A program made the translations under genes and the position numbers. DNA of 64,000 nt from positions 1 through 64,000 of the IMG/VR virus record IMGVR_UViG_3300037067_006927; one strand, written 5' to 3'. Positions 1 through 6,007 of the stretch are shown piece after piece. Every line of letters begins with the position of its first letter. The stretch's first letter is position 1. Origin of the DNA: a virus. Lineage: Duplodnaviria > Caudoviricetes. The notes beneath the pieces are model-generated. The model made no database searches. It had not been told where the DNA came from and worked only from the letters and a program-made list of their open reading frames with translations.

Positions 1-3
1 ACT

Positions 4-31
4 AGTATACGTATAGATTGAGCCGGGTCAA
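4..31 (-). promoter_or_regulatory. sigma70-like promoter, copy 1 of a 28-bp direct repeat (TTGACC-N16-TATACT)
   Basis: Minus strand reads TTGACC CGGCTCAATCTATACG TATACT. 27/28 identical to 554-581. Contains the palindrome TATACGTATA and points out of the window. Confidence 0.75.
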
Positions 32-35
32 GGGA

Positions 36-236
36 CTATTTCTCGCCCTCGGTCGATTTCGACGAAGCCGCGATTTTACGACGGATCCGCCGGCACTCGG
101 CCAGCGCGGAGTCCAGGACAAGGCGCTGGATCTGTCGGCCGGTGGCGACGGCGCAGTCGCGGATCGTGGCGTACTCCTCAGCGGTGCAGGCCAGGTCGAG
201 GCGGGTCCGGGGGGTGGTGGCGAGGCGGCGGGTCAT
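36..236 (-). CDS. Small ribbon-helix-helix-like DNA-binding protein (66 aa)
   Basis: Beta-strand/helix/helix pattern RLDLACTAEEYATIRDCAVATGRQIQRLVLDSAL, resembling Arc/CopG/DUF1778-type proteins. Follows the 244-546 ORF. Confidence 0.5.
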   Translation of the reverse strand: MTRRLATTPRTRLDLACTAEEYATIRDCAVATGRQIQRLVLDSALAECRRIRRKIAASSKSTEGEK

Positions 237-243
237 CAGGGTA

Positions 244-546
244 TCAAGTCTCCGAGCGCTCGCGGCGGATGGCGGCCTTGGTGGCCCTGACGCGGGCCTT
301 GAGCGCCTTGGTCATTTTGGCGACCAGCGCGGGCGGGTCGCACAGCTCGCCCACCCGCACGGTCACGATCTCGGTGGAGCCCATCGCCGACATGGTGGCG
401 TCCACGCCGTAGCTAGTGACCACCTGACCGTCGATCACGCGGTCCCAGGACCGCGGCCAAACGGAGCATCCGAGCGCCCGAAATGCAGCCATGAGCTGCG
501 CCTGGGTCATGGTTTCGGTCGCGGTGTTGTTCGTCGTCGTCGTCAT
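244..546 (-). CDS. Hypothetical protein (100 aa), probably leaderless
   Basis: ATG lies 7 nt downstream of the TATACT -10 box at 554-559. GC3-rich codons. Confidence 0.65.
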   Translation of the reverse strand: MTTTTNNTATETMTQAQLMAAFRALGCSVWPRSWDRVIDGQVVTSYGVDATMSAMGSTEIVTVRVGELCDPPALVAKMTKALKARVRATKAAIRRERSET

Positions 547-553
547 GGGTATC

Positions 554-581
554 AGTATACGTATAGATTGAGCCTGGTCAA
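554..581 (-). promoter_or_regulatory. sigma70-like promoter, copy 2 of the 28-bp repeat
   Basis: Minus strand reads TTGACC AGGCTCAATCTATACG TATACT gataccc ATG, with an A-rich tract upstream of the -35. Confidence 0.8.
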
Positions 582-646
582 CCCTTCCGCAACGTCACTT
601 TTGCAGATAGTACCGCGGGCCGGTTAGCTCGACGCGCGGATTGTGG

Positions 647-1417
647 TCACGTCAGGTGACGTACCCGCGGAAACTCTTCCGCCAGTCGCTCGAACAATTC
701 CGGGTAGAACCTACGGAGCCAGGCTGCCCACCCGCGATCTGCCCCGTCGGTGTATAGCCAACCGCCATTGCGTATTGTCTCCCTTGTCTGTCCTGCCCAC
801 TCGTGATCATACAGTGGATGCCACGGTAGCTCTCGCGAAACCAAGTATGCCCACACGTCCGCGTGCGACCAGTGACCAATCGGATTGGTTACCCAATGGC
901 CGCTGTCCTTCAACTGGTACGTAAGTCCGTGGTATTTCATGCACGCTTTTCGCGCTAGCGATTCCTGCGCGCGCATCCCAAGCGCCGTTACCTCGAATCC
1001 GATCCCACGCAACCACTCCGTCGCCCGGTCCTTCTTGCGCGTCTTGATGATCCGCTGCTGAACTGACTTCGCTCTCTCATGCGGTAATCCAACATCTCGC
1101 AGCCACACCAGCGACTCTTCCAGAGTATTGATCGGTTGAAGCTCGTGGATCTGGGCGCGTTCAGCGAAGTATGCCGCCACGCATTCTCCTCCAGGTATTT
1201 CGTGCGCGCATTTGAGATGCGCCATCTGCAACGGATGCTCCAGTGTTTCCAAAGCCAGATGCCCCAGTACAGTCGAGTCCTTTCCCCAGGACATCGAAAC
1301 CACGAGACGGCCCAGGTGAGATGCGCGTACCAGTTCTCTGCGTGCCTCCTCAACTCGCGACGCGAACGATCGCGAACGCGCATGTATATCGTACTTGTGG
1401 CGGTCGGACTGCCTCAC
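647..1417 (-). CDS. cysH: CysH/PAPS-reductase-like protein of the type IV-B CRISPR-Cas locus (256 aa)
   Basis: PP-loop SMSWGKDS, GMRAQESLAR, NPIGHWSHADVWAYL and WHPLYD motifs. No C-terminal ECGLH tail. GTG start at 1417 overlaps the upstream TGA (GTGA). Sits directly downstream of the csf genes. Confidence 0.88.
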   Translation of the reverse strand: MRQSDRHKYDIHARSRSFASRVEEARRELVRASHLGRLVVSMSWGKDSTVLGHLALETLEHPLQMAHLKCAHEIPGGECVAAYFAERAQIHELQPINTLEESLVWLRDVGLPHERAKSVQQRIIKTRKKDRATEWLRGIGFEVTALGMRAQESLARKACMKYHGLTYQLKDSGHWVTNPIGHWSHADVWAYLVSRELPWHPLYDHEWAGQTRETIRNGGWLYTDGADRGWAAWLRRFYPELFERLAEEFPRVRHLT

Positions 1418-2358
1418 GCCGCCTTCTCCTTCTCTTCCGCCACGTCGCTTACCCGGATCCGCCCAAACCCGAACGCCGTCCGTCCACCCATCCCGAGCCC
1501 GCGAGCTGCGCACTCTAGCAGCCAGCGGCACGGCGCGTTGACGTCTGCCACGAAGTACCCGGAGCACCCGAGCACGGCGCCGAACTTACCACCGAGGTCT
1601 ACGCGCACCGTCTCCGTCCGCTTCTCGAGCAGTCGAAACTGGAGCCGAAGATGGTCGAGCCCGAGGCGGCGCGGCAGCCATGAGGAGATGGTGCTGCACA
1701 GGTTGCCCTCGGTCGGGTTCACCCGTGTGATCGCTCCGCCCATCGAGCGGATGGTGAGCGGTGTCAGCAGGTCGACGCGCACCGTCTGGTGACCGCGCTT
1801 GGTGACCTGCGGTGAACGCAGTCGCGTGAATGGACCGCACCGCACGAGTACGGATTGATCGGCAACCTGAGCGGGCCAGGCGTGGCCAGCGAGTCGCCGT
1901 GCAACGGCCTCGTCTGCGATCCACACCGCCCACTGTCCGCGCCCGTGGTCCATCGGCACGAGCGTGAACATCGGCATCGTCTCGTGATGCGGGATCGCTG
2001 TGAGCTCGGTCATCACACCGTGGAGCAGTCTAGCGTTCCGGAGCTCGAGCGGCCAGCGCAACGCGGGCGCGAACGCGATCGTGAATCCGCCACCGGGGAG
2101 GACGTCGGCATATGGAGGAGGGCCGAGCAGCCACGGGCGTTCCTCGCGATCGGTCTTCTTGGCGGCATACCAGGCCGCGCACCGCTCGCGGGTCTTCTTC
2201 ACCACGTCGGGTCGGCCGGCGTCCTTGTCGCGGTATCGGCAGCGCGACGAGCAGTAGGTGTGCCGCGGAGATTTGGGAGTGAAGGTGACATAGCATCCGG
2301 TCGCACCGCACGTCCGAGGAGTGGCGTCCCATCCCTTCGGAATCCCAACCGCCGTCAC
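1414..2358 (-). CDS. cas6: Cas6-like RAMP endoribonuclease with N-terminal Cys4 Zn-finger-like extension (314 aa)
   Basis: C-terminal glycine-rich loop GLGMGGRTAFGFGRIRV, internal RAMP strand VRVDLLTPLTIRS, and N-terminal CGATGC...YCSSRC. GTG start at 2358 overlaps the csf3 stop. Confidence 0.8.
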   Translation of the reverse strand: MTAVGIPKGWDATPRTCGATGCYVTFTPKSPRHTYCSSRCRYRDKDAGRPDVVKKTRERCAAWYAAKKTDREERPWLLGPPPYADVLPGGGFTIAFAPALRWPLELRNARLLHGVMTELTAIPHHETMPMFTLVPMDHGRGQWAVWIADEAVARRLAGHAWPAQVADQSVLVRCGPFTRLRSPQVTKRGHQTVRVDLLTPLTIRSMGGAITRVNPTEGNLCSTISSWLPRRLGLDHLRLQFRLLEKRTETVRVDLGGKFGAVLGCSGYFVADVNAPCRWLLECAARGLGMGGRTAFGFGRIRVSDVAEEKEKAA

Positions 2359-3089
2359 GTCGCCACCCGCACGATCGGGACCATGCAATCGGCGAGCGAT
2401 GCTCGGTGCCAATACGGCGCGCGTGTCGTGGCCTTCCGCACCGCGAACGTCCCGGGCCTCGGGTGAATGTCGGCGCCACTCGGGATCGCGCGCATCAGCC
2501 GTCCCTGTTCGAGTAGCGAGCGTTGCTGCGGGTCCGCCAGTATCTCCCAGCCCATCACGCAACCGAGGCCACCGGAGCGACAGCGGCCGATGTGGCTGAC
2601 GTCCGGCAACAACTCGGTCAGCAATGCGCGGTTGCCGACCACGTGGAAATCAACCCACGCGGCTACCAGAGTCGGGATTGGGATCTGCTCGCTCTTGTAC
2701 TCGGCCATCGCGACATTGACCTTCGCGAGTCCGTAGGATTCTGCGCGGGCGCGCTTGCGACGCATCCGCACATCCTCCTTTGCTCCCGGAGCCGGCTGCG
2801 CCCACGACGCGAGCGCGATTGGGTATCCCGCCATGTCCTGGTCAGCGATGGGGATCGGGATGGGTGTGAGCGAGTCGCGAGGAGCGTCGGCGAATGCCTC
2901 CTCCGGATCCATCCCGGAGGCGAGGGAGACTACCGCGTATTGCAGCGCTCCCTCGCACGAGACGCCATTATACGGGTCCCACGCCAGTGGCGCCGAGAGC
3001 CACGCGCGCAGCGTGAGCGGCTCCGAGCTAGCGCACGCCCACCGCTCGGCGGCGGTGAGCCACGGTGGCGAGTGGGTCACGGGTCGCAT
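2355..3089 (-). CDS. csf3: Type IV Cas5-family protein Csf3 (244 aa)
   Basis: N-terminal RAMP strand PLTLRAWLSAPLA...EGAL, glycine loop HIGRCRSGGLGCV and C-terminal TRAPYWH, all typical of Csf3. GGAG RBS before ATG 3089. Confidence 0.88.
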   Translation of the reverse strand: MRPVTHSPPWLTAAERWACASSEPLTLRAWLSAPLAWDPYNGVSCEGALQYAVVSLASGMDPEEAFADAPRDSLTPIPIPIADQDMAGYPIALASWAQPAPGAKEDVRMRRKRARAESYGLAKVNVAMAEYKSEQIPIPTLVAAWVDFHVVGNRALLTELLPDVSHIGRCRSGGLGCVMGWEILADPQQRSLLEQGRLMRAIPSGADIHPRPGTFAVRKATTRAPYWHRASLADCMVPIVRVAT

Positions 3090-3649
3090 CGCTTCTCCAG
3101 TAGTCCAGCGTCTTCGTTCGTGAAAGCGTGCTCCCCAAATAGTTCTCGAGCCGCATTGTCGTACACGCGTGCCGCTTCCTCTTCGTCAATGAAGAGCCCC
3201 AGAAACATCAGCCTGCCTCGAGCCCCGGCGGGGTCTGGGATGGTGATGTGGCACCCCCACTTTCTGTTCGCCTTATACCAAGAAACTCCCTTGAATCTGC
3301 TGGACCCGCTCCTGGACCTTGAGTTTCTACCGTTCTCTGACTTTGTTACCAGACGAAGGTTGGTAACTCGATTATCTAGTCCGTCGTGGTTCACATGGTC
3401 AACGTCACGACACCTTGTAGCACTCAATATGACGCGATGCATCAACGCTCCAGAATTCGCCCCCCTGGCATAATAGCCACTGGTGCATCTGGACCACTGG
3501 GCAACCCATAGAACTCCAGAAACAGCCTCGTAGCTTTCAGAGGATACTACTGCTGCCTGCCCCCTAGTAAGCGGGATCTCAACCGCCCCATCTTTTCGGA
3601 TTACTGGTTCCTTGCCCCTCATGCACTTGTCGCGTATTGACGGGGACAT
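3077..3649 (-). CDS. Free-standing HNH endonuclease with AP2 DNA-binding domain (homing-endonuclease type, 190 aa)
   Basis: HRVIL...DVDHVNHDGLDNRVTNLR...SENGRN (HNH) followed by SRFKGVSWYKANRKW...LGLF..EEEAARVYD (AP2). Inserted between csf2 and csf3, and visibly more AT-rich codons. Confidence 0.9.
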   Translation of the reverse strand: MSPSIRDKCMRGKEPVIRKDGAVEIPLTRGQAAVVSSESYEAVSGVLWVAQWSRCTSGYYARGANSGALMHRVILSATRCRDVDHVNHDGLDNRVTNLRLVTKSENGRNSRSRSGSSRFKGVSWYKANRKWGCHITIPDPAGARGRLMFLGLFIDEEEAARVYDNAARELFGEHAFTNEDAGLLEKRCDP

Positions 3650-3651
3650 GG

Positions 3652-5139
3652 TTAGAACGCCTCCTCAGCTGCTGCCAGTTCCTCCGCCGGAACGTCAGCA
3701 GTCCTGGTCTTCCCACGGGTCTTTCCTGATCGCAGTGGAGCCGACGGTTCGTTCTTCATCATTGCCCACTCAATCGCGGCGTCCTTGTTCTTCTCAACAT
3801 GGTCAATGTACACGGTTGGGTCCGGTAGTTCAGGTGTTCCCGGTCCTGGTTGGTATGGGTTGAACGAGATGAGCCCCATACCCCTAGCGCTTTGGGCCCC
3901 AACCACGCCATAGGATCCAAACTCTTCCAGCGCGTCAGCCAGGCAGGACGCGGTTACCGGGTTAACGCCGTCGATTGAAAATACCTGAAGTGAATGGACC
4001 ATCTGTGCACCTGCCAGCAGAAGCTCTACGTTGAAGAGCATCGCATCGCTCTTACCTTTTTCGATCATCTTCTGCGTGCGATCGATGTCTCGGTGGTCAT
4101 GGCGCGTCCCCAGGCGTAACTGGGTTAGTTCAGCCGCTTCAGGTAGTGTGGCCGCCCATTCATCCAGGTTCTTCGTCTCCACACCCATCGCCTGGTGAAC
4201 GGCCCATGCGTTCTCTTTGCACACCAGAACCGCGTCATGGATTCTGGCCCTTCCCGCCATAATCTGCGCATCGGTGCACCCGCCGAGCAGATCCCACGGA
4301 GGGCACATGGTGCGCGCCATCGTGCGGATGTCCACCCGAACCGAGCCGGTATCTGCCCCGGCCTCGACGTTGCCACCCGATAGCATAGCGTGCGCCCTCT
4401 CTGGAGGAATATCTCGAGCCCGCAGCCCGAGCAACCCGAGCCACCTGCCCATCACCATGTCGCGCAGCAGACCGCGCACCGCGTTTCCGGCCATGAACGG
4501 CACGTAAGCGTGCTGTCCAGTGAGCGCGTCGATCACGCGGTGGCGGCGGAACAGGTTGACGTTCCCGCTCTTCTCGTCGGCGCCGTGAGCCATCGGGCTC
4601 GTGAGCGTCCAGACGGTGCGGAAACTGCGCGGTTGGATCATCTGGTCCGGGAGCTTCACGCGAGCGCGCCCGCCCTTCGTCGGCTCCGGGTAGGCGTCGA
4701 ACGACTCGTACTCCGCTCGGAGCATGTCGTCGTCCAGGTCCCGCGTGCTGCTGCTGGCGAACGTGGCGAGGAAATCCGGGTTCTCGTGGATGATCAGGCG
4801 CAGGTCCCGGTAGTCGATCGCCGCCAGCGCCCGATCCCAACGCAGGCGCCCCGTCGGCATCCAGAGCTCGACGGGGCCATACTCGCCATCTCCCGTGGAC
4901 TCGATTCCGAAGCGCGTGCAGAACGCGCGGTAGAACGCCAGGCACGATCGCTCGCTCACCACGAGCGGGATCAGACTCGACCCTATTTCAGAAGAGACTG
5001 AGCTGTACCGATTTGATCCCAGCACCTCGGCCCGCATTCGGATCCGGGTCGCTCGGAGCAGATACGCGAGCAACCGCCGCGCGTTCGTGGTCGTCTTCTC
5101 GATGGTCTTCGGGTCGATCTCGTTCTCGGGTCGGTGCAT
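3652..5139 (-). CDS. csf2: Type IV Cas7-family backbone Csf2 with fused N-terminal helical, Cas11-like small-subunit domain (495 aa)
   Basis: From about aa 170: WTLTSPMAHG, VPFMAGNAVRGLLRD, CPPWDLLGG, GAQSARGMG (Csf2/Cas7). The first ~165 aa are helical and occupy the position of cas11 in type IV-B loci. GAAGGAGG RBS before ATG 5139. Confidence 0.88.
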   Translation of the reverse strand: MHRPENEIDPKTIEKTTTNARRLLAYLLRATRIRMRAEVLGSNRYSSVSSEIGSSLIPLVVSERSCLAFYRAFCTRFGIESTGDGEYGPVELWMPTGRLRWDRALAAIDYRDLRLIIHENPDFLATFASSSTRDLDDDMLRAEYESFDAYPEPTKGGRARVKLPDQMIQPRSFRTVWTLTSPMAHGADEKSGNVNLFRRHRVIDALTGQHAYVPFMAGNAVRGLLRDMVMGRWLGLLGLRARDIPPERAHAMLSGGNVEAGADTGSVRVDIRTMARTMCPPWDLLGGCTDAQIMAGRARIHDAVLVCKENAWAVHQAMGVETKNLDEWAATLPEAAELTQLRLGTRHDHRDIDRTQKMIEKGKSDAMLFNVELLLAGAQMVHSLQVFSIDGVNPVTASCLADALEEFGSYGVVGAQSARGMGLISFNPYQPGPGTPELPDPTVYIDHVEKNKDAAIEWAMMKNEPSAPLRSGKTRGKTRTADVPAEELAAAEEAF

Positions 5140-6007
5140 TGCGGGTGCCCTCCTTCGGGTCTTGTTTCTCTCGCTTCACGAGCGCCGGCATTCGCAGGAG
5201 CTCGACGAACAGCGGCCACCAGATAGCGCGGTGATGCGGCTCGATCGCATGAGTCAGGCCGCGCCACTGGCGCACGACGGCGATGGGCGCACTCGCCGGT
5301 GGCCGCATCGTCAGCAATGAAGTTGTGCATTCGTTCGAACCGACGCCACCATTGCGAAGCGCGCCGAGAATCCGGTAGCAATCGGTACGCGCTTCCGTCC
5401 ACGTCTCGACGTCCACCAGCACATCGTGCACGTCGTCCACCTGGAGTGGGTACCGGTCGCGCGACGTGGACACCTGCGCATAGATGGCCACGTGCTTGGA
5501 CTGGAGCTTGACGAGCGGGTTCGACGGCGCTGGTCGTCCCGGAGAGTAGATGCGGTGCAGATTCTGCTCTCCGCCCTTGCTCACGCCCATGTGCGCCCAC
5601 CCGGCAACGAACGGGGCCGGCGGCGGGCTGAGCAACGAGTCCAGCGTCTCGACGCGCGTTCCAGGAATCGCGTGACCTTTGCCGTCTGCGTCCTTCACGA
5701 TCCACGGCCGCGTCGGTACGTCCCAAATACCGTTCTCGCGCGCGAACCAGAGCGAGCAGCGGAGCCGGAGCGATTTGCAGGACATCAGGCACGCTGCGCA
5801 CACCTCGCGCGTCCCGAATGGCCAGGCGCGCGATGCGTTCTTGACGCTCGTGAATGAACTCGAGATCGCCTGGTCGAGCCGGTACCACGCTTGATCTCCA
5901 CAGTGAGCGCACGGGCCGCCCTTGCCCTTGCGCGGGATTGGCTCGCCGGTCGTCTCGTGCGGATCCGGTGAGCCGAGTCCGGCATAGATGATGTGGGTTG
6001 CGATCAC
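4988..6007 (-). CDS. csf1: Type IV Cas8-like large subunit Csf1 (339 aa), ending in QLSLF
   Basis: Zn-binding CAHCG and CAACLMSC motifs, PPPAPFVA and KLQSKHVAIYA segments, and position upstream of csf2. GTG start at 6007 overlaps an upstream TGA. The 3' end overlaps the first 152 nt of csf2. Confidence 0.82.
   Translation of the reverse strand: MIATHIIYAGLGSPDPHETTGEPIPRKGKGGPCAHCGDQAWYRLDQAISSSFTSVKNASRAWPFGTREVCAACLMSCKSLRLRCSLWFARENGIWDVPTRPWIVKDADGKGHAIPGTRVETLDSLLSPPPAPFVAGWAHMGVSKGGEQNLHRIYSPGRPAPSNPLVKLQSKHVAIYAQVSTSRDRYPLQVDDVHDVLVDVETWTEARTDCYRILGALRNGGVGSNECTTSLLTMRPPASAPIAVVRQWRGLTHAIEPHHRAIWWPLFVELLRMPALVKREKQDPKEGTRNAPTRERDRPEDHREDDHERAAVARVSAPSDPDPNAGRGAGIKSVQLSLF

Noticed and set aside
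4-581. 28-bp direct repeats next to cas genes as a CRISPR array
   Set aside because: Only two copies, 522 nt apart with two ORFs between them, and each is a good -35/-10 promoter. Spacing is incompatible with repeat-spacer architecture.
647-1417. cysH as an auxiliary metabolic gene for sulfate assimilation
   Set aside because: It lacks the C-terminal redox Cys motif, has no partner cys genes, and is coupled to csf genes as in type IV-B loci.
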